Positions 29,782 through 38,538 of a DNA stretch of 64,000 nucleotides are shown here, piece after piece. The stretch is from Gemmatimonadota bacterium (GTDB lineage Bacteria; Gemmatimonadota; Gemmatimonadetes; Gemmatimonadales; GWC2-71-9). Numbering within the stretch: the stretch's first letter is position 1; each line of letters starts with the position of its first letter. The stretch is taken from NCBI GenBank assembly GCA_036679645.1, contig JAZDCY010000016.1:97615-161614 (forward strand), in the 5' to 3' direction. Under the pieces are notes generated by a model. The model was given only the letters and a program-made list of their open reading frames with translations. It searched no databases and was not told the DNA's origin. The translations under genes were made by a program, and so were the position numbers.

Positions 29782-31041
29782 GTGACCGCGAATCCGCAAA
29801 CGCGCGGAGCCTTCCGCCCGGTTCCGTACATGGGCGTCATCTGGGTCGTCGCGGAAGCCATGAAGCTCGGCTTCTGGAACGGGCATCCCGATTGGTGCAA
29901 CCTCGGCCAGGGGCAGCCCGAGGTCGGCCCCATGGAGGGGGCGCCGGTCCGGCTCTCACGCATCGACCTCGAGCCTTCCGATCACGCGTACGGGCACGTC
30001 GGGGGAACGGATCAGCTGTGTGAGGTTGTCGCCGCGCACTACAACCGGCTCTACCGGCAGGGCAAGCGATCGCAGTACACCAAAGAGAACGTGTCCATTG
30101 CCTCGGGCGGTCGTCTCATGTTGTCCCGCATGATGGCTACACTAGGCGCGATCAATGTGGGCTACCAAGCCCCCGACTACACGGCGTATGAGGACATGCT
30201 GGACTACCACCAGTATCGTCTGAACCCGGTCCTCATTCCAACCACGTCCGAACGCCGCTTCATGACGCCGAGTGCGGATCTCGAAGGCATCATCCGCGAA
30301 CACGACCTACGCGCATATCTCATCAGCAATCCATGTAATCCGACTGGGCAAGTTGTGCGCGATGAGGAGCTCGAGCGTTACGTGCAGATCGCGCGTGACA
30401 CCGACTGCACGTTCCTGCTCGACGAGTTCTACTCGCACTTCATCTACACCGACGACGGCGAGCCGGGCGACGGACCGGTATCGGCGGCCCGATACGTCGA
30501 GGATGTCGATGAGGACCCGGTGTTGCTCATCGACGGACTCACCAAGAGCTACCGCTACCCGGGATGGCGACTCGGGTGGGCGGTGGGGCCGCCCCACGCG
30601 ATCGAGATGATCAACCGTGCGGCGAGCGCCATCGACGGTGGGCCGAGTACGGCGGTGCAACGCGCGGCGTTACAGGTGCTGGAACCGACGCGCGCCGATC
30701 AAGAGACAGACGCGCTCCGCAACGTGTTTTCACGCAAGCGCAACCTCATGGTCGACGGGCTCCGCGCAATGGGGATCCCGTGTGAGTGTCCGCCTTCGGG
30801 CACCTTCTACATCTGGGCCAGCATTGCGGAGCTTCGCGAACCGTTCGAAGACGCCGAGTCCTTCTTCCACGCGGCGCTGCAACGTAAGGTGATGACGGTG
30901 CCGGGTTACTTCTTCGACGTGAATCCGGGCAACCAGCGCCCGCCCACGAAGGAGTACCGGCAGTGGGTGCGGTTTTCGTTCGGCCCGCCCGAAGACAATG
31001 TGCTAATGGGTCTCGATCGGTTGGCAGAGTTGATCGGGTGA
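29782..31041 (+). CDS. PLP-dependent aminotransferase, class I/II
   Basis: SNPCNPTG, LDEFY, DGLTKSYRYPGWRLGW (PLP lysine), VRFSFG. Confidence 0.92.
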   Translation: MTANPQTRGAFRPVPYMGVIWVVAEAMKLGFWNGHPDWCNLGQGQPEVGPMEGAPVRLSRIDLEPSDHAYGHVGGTDQLCEVVAAHYNRLYRQGKRSQYTKENVSIASGGRLMLSRMMATLGAINVGYQAPDYTAYEDMLDYHQYRLNPVLIPTTSERRFMTPSADLEGIIREHDLRAYLISNPCNPTGQVVRDEELERYVQIARDTDCTFLLDEFYSHFIYTDDGEPGDGPVSAARYVEDVDEDPVLLIDGLTKSYRYPGWRLGWAVGPPHAIEMINRAASAIDGGPSTAVQRAALQVLEPTRADQETDALRNVFSRKRNLMVDGLRAMGIPCECPPSGTFYIWASIAELREPFEDAESFFHAALQRKVMTVPGYFFDVNPGNQRPPTKEYRQWVRFSFGPPEDNVLMGLDRLAELIG

Positions 31042-31083
31042 GACTCGATTTGGGGCACTTGCCCCCCGTGTGATACGTAGCCG

Positions 31084-31119
31084 TTGACATTATATTGTTA
31101 CCATATATGTTTACCATAT
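31084..31119 (+). promoter_or_regulatory. TA promoter with operator-like direct repeats
   Basis: TTGACA (31084-89)-16 nt-TATGTT (31106-11); TTACCATAT repeated twice; AT-rich patch in a GC-rich context. Confidence 0.65.
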
Positions 31120-31357
31120 GTCTGATTATGCGAAGACCACGGTCTATCTCAGGGTGGACGACTACCGGCGCTTGAGGGCCATCGCGCGCGAGCAAGATCG
31201 TCCTGCGGCGGAGTTGGTACGAGAGGCAGTAGCGGAGTACGCACGCCGACACGCGGCGGCGGTCATGCCGTCGAGCCTGGGCATTGGCCAATCCGGTCGC
31301 GCCGATCTCAGCGAGCAGGCGGAGGAGTTGTTACGCGGCATGGGTAATGAGGGGTGA
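31118..31357 (+). CDS. Ribbon-helix-helix (CopG-like) antitoxin, VapB-type
   Basis: KTTVYL..DYRRLRAIA..RPAAELVREAVAEY; GTGA overlap with the PIN gene. Confidence 0.85.
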   Translation: MSDYAKTTVYLRVDDYRRLRAIAREQDRPAAELVREAVAEYARRHAAAVMPSSLGIGQSGRADLSEQAEELLRGMGNEG

Positions 31358-31773
31358 GGGTGATCGTTGCGGATACCGGAGCCATCATCGCGCTCATCGA
31401 CGCTGACGACCGGCACCACGCCCCGCTGCGTGATCTCTTCGTGAGCGACCCCAGCGCGTGGGTCGTACCGTGGGCGGTGCTCCCGGAGGTGGACTACCTC
31501 CTCGCGACACGCGTAGGACTTGCGGCTCAGGACGCGTTCATGGCGGACGTAGCGTCCGAAGTCTTTGGTGTCGAGTGGGGCGAGCCTTCGGACCTCACCG
31601 AAGCGCAAGAGATCACGCGGCGGTACGCGGATCTCCCGATCGGGCTCGTAGATGCTGTAGTGGTCGTCATGGCGCAACGCCTGCGCGCGCACGCGATCGC
31701 GACGCTGGATCTGCGGCATTTCGGGGTGCTTCAGATCGACGGCAGTCCTCGGCTCTATCCGCGGGACCTCTAA
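31354..31773 (+). CDS. vapC: PIN-domain toxin (VapC family)
   Basis: VADTGAIIAL, LPEVDYL, GLVDAVV, IATLDLRHF acidic residue pattern. Confidence 0.88.
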   Translation: MRVIVADTGAIIALIDADDRHHAPLRDLFVSDPSAWVVPWAVLPEVDYLLATRVGLAAQDAFMADVASEVFGVEWGEPSDLTEAQEITRRYADLPIGLVDAVVVVMAQRLRAHAIATLDLRHFGVLQIDGSPRLYPRDL

Positions 31774-31899
31774 GGGAGCTTCGGGGGTGCACGTCGGGCG
31801 ACGCCTCGGAAGGCGACGGCGCGCACTGCTGCCGAGGTGGCAAGTACGCGCCGCTCGCATGCTCGCGGATCTTTCGCCGCAAGGGCATCTTCCTCCTTG

Positions 31900-34896
31900 A
31901 TGAACGACCAGATCGATCGCCTCAAGGCAGCCCTGGCCGACCGCTACGCCATCCTGCGCGAGTTGGGATCCGGAGGGATGGCCACCGTCTACCTCGCCGA
32001 TGATCGCAAGCACCGCCGCCAGGTGGCGGTCAAGGTGCTCCGTCCGGAACTCGCACAGGCGCTCGGTCCCGATCGGTTCCTGCGTGAGATCGAGATCGCG
32101 GCGCGCCTGAACCATCCGCACATCCTGACGCTCATCGACTCCGGGGAAGCGGACGGTTTCCTGTATTTTGTCATGCCGTACCTGGAAGGCAACACGCTGC
32201 GCGCGAAGCTCCAGCGTGATGGGGCACTCCCGGTCGCGGAGGCGGTGCGCCTCACGCGCCACATTGTCGATGCACTCGCCCATGCGCATAAACAAGGTGT
32301 GGTGCACCGCGACGTTAAGCCGGACAATGTGATGCTCATCGAGGGCCACGCGGTCGTTACCGACTTCGGCGTCGCAAAGGCGTTGAGCGCCGCCACCGGT
32401 AGGCACGAGGTCACGACCACGGGGGTCACGTTGGGGACGCCCACGTACATGGCGCCCGAGCAGGCGGCGGCCGATCCCAACATCGATCACCGCGCGGACA
32501 TCTACGCGGTCGGCGTCATGGCGTACGAGATGCTCGTGGGCCAACCACCGTTTGCCGGGGAGACGGCGCAGGAGATCCTCTCGGCGCATGTTGTCCGACC
32601 GGCGCCGCCCATTGCGGACCGGCGCGATGGTCTACCGCCCGCCCTCGCCGACCTCGTGATGCGCTGTCTTAAGAAAAAACCGGCGGATCGGTGGCACACG
32701 GCGGAGGAGCTGCGTGCGGCGCTCGATCGCATCGCGACGCCAAGCGAGGGCTCGCTGTCGGTCAGGCACGTGGCCACGACGGGCCGCGGCGTGCCGTGGC
32801 CACGGTGGGGTGCGGCCGGTGCGCTCGGTGTAGCGGCGCTCGCCGCGTTTGTGCTGTGGCCCAGAGGAGCCGACGACGGCGGTGAGGCGGCCGGCATCTC
32901 CGAAAGCGTCGTCGCGGTGTTGCCGTTCGCGGTGCAGGGCAGCGACGAGGTGGCGTATCTCGGAGACGGGATGGTGAACCTGCTCAGCACCAAGTTGGAT
33001 GGAGCCGGCGATCTCCGCAGCGTCGACTCCCGGGCGCTGCTCGGCTACATCGCGCGCGAGGGACGGGGGTCTGATCCCCGTGAGCCGTCCAGCATCGCGC
33101 GGCGTTTTGGGGCGGGCGTTTACGTGATCGGCGATGTCGTCGAAGCGGGTGGCCGTCTCCAGATCAGTGCGGCATTGTACCGCAGCGAAACGGACTCGGG
33201 ACCCATCGGCAGAGCGAACGTCGAGGGGGAAGCGAACGACGTGTTTGGGCTCGTCGATCGGATCGCCGCCGACCTGTTGGGGAGCCTGGGGAGCCTGGGG
33301 GGCCCGGGTACGCGGGTGCGCCAGCTAGCGTCCGTTTCGACATCCTCGTTGCCGGCGCTCAAGGCCTACCTGGAATGCGAGAGTCTTTTTCGGCTAGGGC
33401 ACTTCCAGCCGGCGGTTGCCTCGTGCCAACGCGCCATCGCCGAGGATAGTGCCTTTGCACTGGCATACTACCGGCTGAGTGTGGCGGCAGAACTCGGTAC
33501 GATCTCCGATCTAGCGCAAAGTGCCGCCGAAGAAGCCAACAGCCGATCGAGCAGGCTGGCCCAACGTGACCGGCGCATGGTGGAGGCGCTGGTCGCGTGG
33601 CGCAGGGGAGAACATTCGCAGGCCGAACGCCTGTACCGCTCGCTCGTTGGCACGTATCCCGACGACATCGAGGCCCTGCACCAGCTCGGCGAGGTCGTGT
33701 TTCACGCCAACCCGCTGCACGGCAGGGCCTTCACGGCGGCGCGAGAACCGTTCGAGCGCTTGTTGTCCTATGAGCCGAACCATGCAGTGGCGCTGGTCCA
33801 CCTGGCACGAATCGCCTCGGTAGAGCAGCGCCTGCCGGCGATGGATTCCCTCGTGCAGCGCTACGTCGAGCTGAACCCCGAGGGCGATCGGCAACTGGAA
33901 ATGCTCGCGCTCCAGGCGTACGCGCGGCGCGATGCCGTCTTACAGGACGAAGTGAACCGCCGGCTCGAGCGCGCAAGCGACGTGACGCTCGGCTTGGCCG
34001 TCTGGGACGTGGTCAACTGGACGGACGACATCGAGGGCGCCGCGCGCGTGGCAGGCATCCTGGCGGCTCCATCCAGGTCCAATGAAGAGCGGTCGGTGGG
34101 GCTTGCTTGGCTCGCGCACATCAGCCTGGCGCAGGGAAAGTGGCGCGAGGCGCGGGAGCACCTCGACGCCATCGAGCCGCTCAGCCCGGCGATGGCGCTC
34201 GAGTACCGCGCGCTCCTCTCGAGCTTGCCCTTCGTCCCCACGCCGCCGGACACGCTCCGTGCGTTGCGCCACGCCCTTATGGCGCTCGACCCGGGAATGA
34301 TCCCGCGCAGTACCAATCCCAGCGTGTTCTTCAGCCTCAAGAGCTGGGGCCACGGTGTGCTGCGTCGCTATCTCCTGGGTCTGGTGAGCGCGCGACTGGG
34401 CGATGTGGCAGCGGCAGAGCGCTCCGCCGCGCAACTCGAGGCGTTGCGCCTCCCACTGGCGGCCGGAACGTTCGCGGCTGACCTTGCCGGCGGAGTCCGC
34501 GCCCAACTCGCGGTCGTGCAGGGTGACACCGCGGGCGCGCTCACGGTGCTGGACGGCATCGAGCGCCGGGTCTGGTACCTCGATGCCAGCTCGTCGGCGG
34601 TGCATTCGCAGGTGTTGGAACGCTTCACGCGCGCCGAGGTGCTACATGCCCTCGGTCAGGACGACGAAGCGCTTGGCTGGTACGAGCACCTGACCGAACT
34701 CGTGGCGTATGAGGTTGTGTACCGGCCGTGGGCGAATCTCCGTCGCGCAGAGATCTACGAAGCGCAGGGTGACACCGCTCGCGCGCGCGAGCACTACCAG
34801 AGATTCATCGATCTGTGGCAGAACGCGGACCCGGAGTTGCAGAGTTGGCTCGAGCTTGCCGAGTCCGGTCTCGCACGCTTGGAGTCCGGAGGTTAG
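31900..34896 (+). CDS. Membrane Ser/Thr kinase with TolB-like domain and long TPR region
   Basis: LGSGGMA, VAVK, HRDVKPDN, TDFG, GTPTYMAPE; TM helix; VAVLPFAV; C-terminal YQRFIDLWQNADPELQ. Confidence 0.93.
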   Translation: MNDQIDRLKAALADRYAILRELGSGGMATVYLADDRKHRRQVAVKVLRPELAQALGPDRFLREIEIAARLNHPHILTLIDSGEADGFLYFVMPYLEGNTLRAKLQRDGALPVAEAVRLTRHIVDALAHAHKQGVVHRDVKPDNVMLIEGHAVVTDFGVAKALSAATGRHEVTTTGVTLGTPTYMAPEQAAADPNIDHRADIYAVGVMAYEMLVGQPPFAGETAQEILSAHVVRPAPPIADRRDGLPPALADLVMRCLKKKPADRWHTAEELRAALDRIATPSEGSLSVRHVATTGRGVPWPRWGAAGALGVAALAAFVLWPRGADDGGEAAGISESVVAVLPFAVQGSDEVAYLGDGMVNLLSTKLDGAGDLRSVDSRALLGYIAREGRGSDPREPSSIARRFGAGVYVIGDVVEAGGRLQISAALYRSETDSGPIGRANVEGEANDVFGLVDRIAADLLGSLGSLGGPGTRVRQLASVSTSSLPALKAYLECESLFRLGHFQPAVASCQRAIAEDSAFALAYYRLSVAAELGTISDLAQSAAEEANSRSSRLAQRDRRMVEALVAWRRGEHSQAERLYRSLVGTYPDDIEALHQLGEVVFHANPLHGRAFTAAREPFERLLSYEPNHAVALVHLARIASVEQRLPAMDSLVQRYVELNPEGDRQLEMLALQAYARRDAVLQDEVNRRLERASDVTLGLAVWDVVNWTDDIEGAARVAGILAAPSRSNEERSVGLAWLAHISLAQGKWREAREHLDAIEPLSPAMALEYRALLSSLPFVPTPPDTLRALRHALMALDPGMIPRSTNPSVFFSLKSWGHGVLRRYLLGLVSARLGDVAAAERSAAQLEALRLPLAAGTFAADLAGGVRAQLAVVQGDTAGALTVLDGIERRVWYLDASSSAVHSQVLERFTRAEVLHALGQDDEALGWYEHLTELVAYEVVYRPWANLRRAEIYEAQGDTARAREHYQRFIDLWQNADPELQSWLELAESGLARLESGG

Positions 34897-34974
34897 CTCC
34901 GCGCGAAATGACGGAGTGTCATTCCTCGGTGCCTGCGGATTCTCGCATGCTAGAGCGCCACTTCGGCATGGATT

Positions 34975-35087
34975 CGGAAGCTGAAGCTTCCGCTCGGCGC
35001 TTCGCGGCTCGTCCTGAAGGACGGGCGCAAGGCGTCTTTCAAGACGCACCGGCGCTCAGCGCCGCCGAGCCGACGCTTCAGCGTCGG
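34975..35087. repeat. REP/REPIN-like multi-hairpin element
   Basis: Five short GC-rich hairpins, two with TGAA loops on the left and TTCA/TCA loops on the right, plus enclosing pair gctcggcg/cgccgagc. Confidence 0.6.
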
Positions 35088-35117
35088 AACTCGCGACGAC
35101 GAACGAAGCCACCGAAA

Positions 35118-35171
35118 CGGCTCACTGCGGCTCTTGCCGATCGCCAGATCGAGCGCTACCTCGGCGAGGGC
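35118..35171 (+). pseudogene. Remnant of a Ser/Thr kinase 5' end
   Basis: Translates RLTAALADR-QIERYLGEG versus KLSTALADRYQLERHLGEG of the 35860 kinase; no start codon and similarity ends after 18 codons. Confidence 0.7.
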
Positions 35172-35217
35172 CCGCAGTGCGTAGCCTCGCCCGGCCGAGC
35201 AGTCATCTGCGGCCGTC

Positions 35218-35768
35218 CTAGAGTCGGTCGAACAGCTTCGGCACCTCTACCACACACGCGGCAGCAACGCTCAGTTGCAACCGGAGTTCGCCGTCTATGA
35301 TCTCGGGCCGCTCGTCGCCCGGCCGCCAACGTTCGATGAGTCGCGCGTCGATGTCCACGATCCAGTACTCCTCGACGCCGGACTCGATGTAGGGACGGCG
35401 CTTCTTGCCGCGATCCCGCGCTGCGGTAGATGGTGAGATGATCTCGATTGCCACCAGAGGAACGCCGACATCGCGCCACTCTTTCGCCGTCGCTCGTCGT
35501 CGCGTAGGACAACGAGCACGTCCGGCTGCACGAGGATCCGGGACGAAAGGTAGATGTCCGCCGGGCTCGCGAGCACCTCGAGAGGGACATCGGGCGGGAA
35601 TAGCTCATCCAGCAGTACCAGCAGTCTTCGAACCACACGTTGGTGATCGACCGACGGTGCCGAGGTCACGACGTGCTCGCCGTCCAGCAGTTCGTGGCGC
35701 AGGCCGTCGTCAGGCAAGCTGAGTAGCTCTTCGATGGTGGATACCGACTGCGGTGCTGGCATACCCAT
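35218..35768 (-). pseudogene. Uma2 family (DUF820) endonuclease, frameshifted
   Basis: N-part LPDDGLRHELLDGE..AP..HQ..VQPDVLVV in one frame; C-part VAIEIISPSTAARDRGKKR..Y..SGVEEYWIVD in another; shift near 35480. Confidence 0.85.
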
Positions 35769-35859
35769 AATGTGGGCCTCCTCGGCCGAGAGGGGCAATG
35801 CACGGACCACGATCAACGCACTTCGCCGATCCGCTCTCAAAGACGTATCTTGGCTCTCC

Positions 35860-38538
35860 ATGACCGAGATCACCGCCAAGCTCTCGACTGCCCTCGCTGA
35901 CCGCTACCAACTCGAGCGGCACCTCGGCGAAGGCGGTATGGCCACCGTCTACTTGGCCCAAGACTTGAAGCACAAGCGTAAGGTGGCGGTGAAGGTGTTG
36001 CGTCCCGAACTCGCTGCGGTCTTGGGCGCCGAACGGTTCGTACAGGAGATCACGACCACCGCCAATCTCCAGCACCCACACATCCTCCCGCTCTTCGATT
36101 CCGGAGAGGCCGACGGCTTCCTGTACTACGTCATGCCGTATATCGAGGGCGAGACCCTCCGGGAGAAGCTGAACCGCGAGACGCAACTCGGCATCGAAGA
36201 GGCAGTGAAGACCACGACGGAAGTGGCCGACGCGCTCGAGTACGCCCACCAGCAGGGCGTGATCCACCGCGACATCAAGCCGGAAAACATCCTGCTGCAC
36301 AACGGCCGGCCCATGGTGGCGGATTTCGGAATCGCGTTGGCGGTGAGTGCGGCCGCGGGTGGGCGCATGACCGAGACGGGCATGTCACTCGGCACACCGC
36401 ACTACATGTCGCCCGAGCAGGCGACGGCGGAGAAGGACCTGACCAACCGTTCGGATATCTACTCGTTGGGCAGCGTGCTGTACGAGATGCTGACCGGCGA
36501 ACCGCCGCATACGGGTGGGTCCGCGCAGGCGATCATCATGAAGATCGTGACCGATGACGCACGCCCGGTCACGGAGTTGCGCAAGTCGGTGCCGCCGCAT
36601 GTCGCTGCCGCCACGTCGAAGTCATTAGAAAAGCTGGCGGCGGATCGGTTCGAGAGTGCAGCCAAGTTTGCCGACGCACTGACGAACCCGGCGTTCATGT
36701 TGTCGACGGTGCCGGGGACAACTGTGATTTCGCCAACGGGTAGCGACTGGAAGCGACGGTTCGCCGTTCCGCTTGCGGTCGTCGCGGTTGTGATGACGAT
36801 CACGAGCGCGTGGAGCTGGCTGCGGCCCCAACCGGAACCACCGAAGCCCGTCATCCGCTACAGCCTTGCCTCTACCGAGGAGGAGGCGTTCCAGAATCGG
36901 TATGGAACTTCCATCGCGCTGTCCCCCGACGGATCGCTGCTCGTATACGTTGGTGCAGGTGAGGGAGGGAGCCAACTCTGGCTGCGGGACCGCGACCAAC
37001 TGCACGGCAGTCCACTTCCGGGCACCGAGGGAGCCTGGCAACCGTTCTTCTCTCCCGACGGTCAGCGGGTGGGCTTCGTTACGATAGCTCGCGAACTCAA
37101 AGTGGTTTCGCTGACCGGCGAACCACCGCACACGGTCGCAGATTCCGGTCTTGGTCGCAGTGGAGGGTCATGGGGTACGGACGGCTACCTGTATGTGAGC
37201 TGGCGACAGAACGGGAGCGGCTTGTCACGGATACCAGTCGCTGGCGGTGCAGCAGAACTCGTCACGACGCTCGACACCGCGCAAGCGGAGGTGATTCACG
37301 CATGGCCAGACGCGCTCCCGAGTGGCAGAGGGGTGCTATTCACGGTGATGCGGATGAACAACCGGTCCAGCGAGAGTGACGAGGTGGCGGTTGTGGACCT
37401 CGCAACCGGCGAACACCGTCCGTTGGTGCGGGGTCTCCTTGGTCGGTACGTGGCGGGGTATCTCGTATTCGTCCGGTACGACGGATCCCTGCTGGCCGCG
37501 CCCTTTGATCAAGACAAGCTTGTGTTGACAGGCCCCCCGGTAATGCTCCTCGTCGGGATGTCTGTAGAAACAGGGCCCGATCTTGCACTGTCGCCGAGCG
37601 GGCGGCTCGTGTACTGGAGTGGCATAGCTTCCGGGCTAGCGGAAGTCGTTTGGATGGATCGGGCTGGCAGAACGACCGTGATTGAGCCGGGCTGGACGTT
37701 CACACCAGCCCCTCAGAGCGGGCCGGTGCTCTCAAACGACGGAACTCGGTTCGCGCTCAGCATGATGGGAACGGATGGGTCGCACGTCTGGATCAAGGAG
37801 ATCGGCGGCCCGTTGTCCCGTCTCACGTTAGAAGGTGCTTTTAATCTACGCCCAGTTTGGAGTCCTGACGATCTGTCGGTGATGTACCGGTCTGACATTG
37901 GTCTTTCATATGGCCTTTTCGAAAAGCGTGCGGACGGCACTGGTCCGGCCGACGTGCTGCTGGACATAGACCAAGAGGTTGATGATGGGCTCTGGTCGAG
38001 CGACGGGCAGTGGTTGGTGTTTCGTACCAATGCACCCCGGAACGTCTACGCCATGCGCTCGGGCACAGACAGCGTTCCGGTGCCGTTATTGACTGGGGAG
38101 TTCAATGAAACCGCACCGGCGTTGTCGTCGGACGGACAGTGGCTGGCATATGTCTCGGACGAATCGGGGCGGCCTGAAGTATACGTTCGATCATTCCCGA
38201 ACGTGGGTGACACGAAGCGGCAGGTCTCTGCCGAGGGTGGCGTGGAGCCCAGATGGGCGCACAGCGGACAAGAACTGTTCTACAAGAACCCGGCGCGGCA
38301 ATTGGTGGCGGCCACCGTTAGAACCGAACCGGCCTTCACGGTGTTGGAGCGTCGCGTGCTCTTCACGTTCCCGGTAGGATTTGCCAACTACTTTCAGAAC
38401 CCAAGGTATGACGTTTCGCCTGATGATCAGCGGTTCATCACTTATCGCAGTACCGGGGCAGGGGAGGGAGCCGACGCGATCGAGTTGATCGTGGTCGAGA
38501 ACTTCCTCGAAGAGTTGAAGGCGAAGGTGGGGAACTGA
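35860..38538 (+). CDS. Membrane Ser/Thr kinase with PD40/TolB-like beta-propeller domain (complete kinase domain)
   Basis: LGEGGMA, VAVK, QEI, HRDIKPEN, ADFG, GTPHYMSPE; TM helix; repeated SPDG/FSPDG/WSPD motifs. Start set at ATG 35860. Confidence 0.93.
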   Translation: MTEITAKLSTALADRYQLERHLGEGGMATVYLAQDLKHKRKVAVKVLRPELAAVLGAERFVQEITTTANLQHPHILPLFDSGEADGFLYYVMPYIEGETLREKLNRETQLGIEEAVKTTTEVADALEYAHQQGVIHRDIKPENILLHNGRPMVADFGIALAVSAAAGGRMTETGMSLGTPHYMSPEQATAEKDLTNRSDIYSLGSVLYEMLTGEPPHTGGSAQAIIMKIVTDDARPVTELRKSVPPHVAAATSKSLEKLAADRFESAAKFADALTNPAFMLSTVPGTTVISPTGSDWKRRFAVPLAVVAVVMTITSAWSWLRPQPEPPKPVIRYSLASTEEEAFQNRYGTSIALSPDGSLLVYVGAGEGGSQLWLRDRDQLHGSPLPGTEGAWQPFFSPDGQRVGFVTIARELKVVSLTGEPPHTVADSGLGRSGGSWGTDGYLYVSWRQNGSGLSRIPVAGGAAELVTTLDTAQAEVIHAWPDALPSGRGVLFTVMRMNNRSSESDEVAVVDLATGEHRPLVRGLLGRYVAGYLVFVRYDGSLLAAPFDQDKLVLTGPPVMLLVGMSVETGPDLALSPSGRLVYWSGIASGLAEVVWMDRAGRTTVIEPGWTFTPAPQSGPVLSNDGTRFALSMMGTDGSHVWIKEIGGPLSRLTLEGAFNLRPVWSPDDLSVMYRSDIGLSYGLFEKRADGTGPADVLLDIDQEVDDGLWSSDGQWLVFRTNAPRNVYAMRSGTDSVPVPLLTGEFNETAPALSSDGQWLAYVSDESGRPEVYVRSFPNVGDTKRQVSAEGGVEPRWAHSGQELFYKNPARQLVAATVRTEPAFTVLERRVLFTFPVGFANYFQNPRYDVSPDDQRFITYRSTGAGEGADAIELIVVENFLEELKAKVGN

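Noticed and set aside
31162..32589. 475-aa minus-strand ORF and similar antisense ORFs over other kinases
   Set aside because: They recur opposite each kinase domain because the sense strand is conserved; they are not independent genes.
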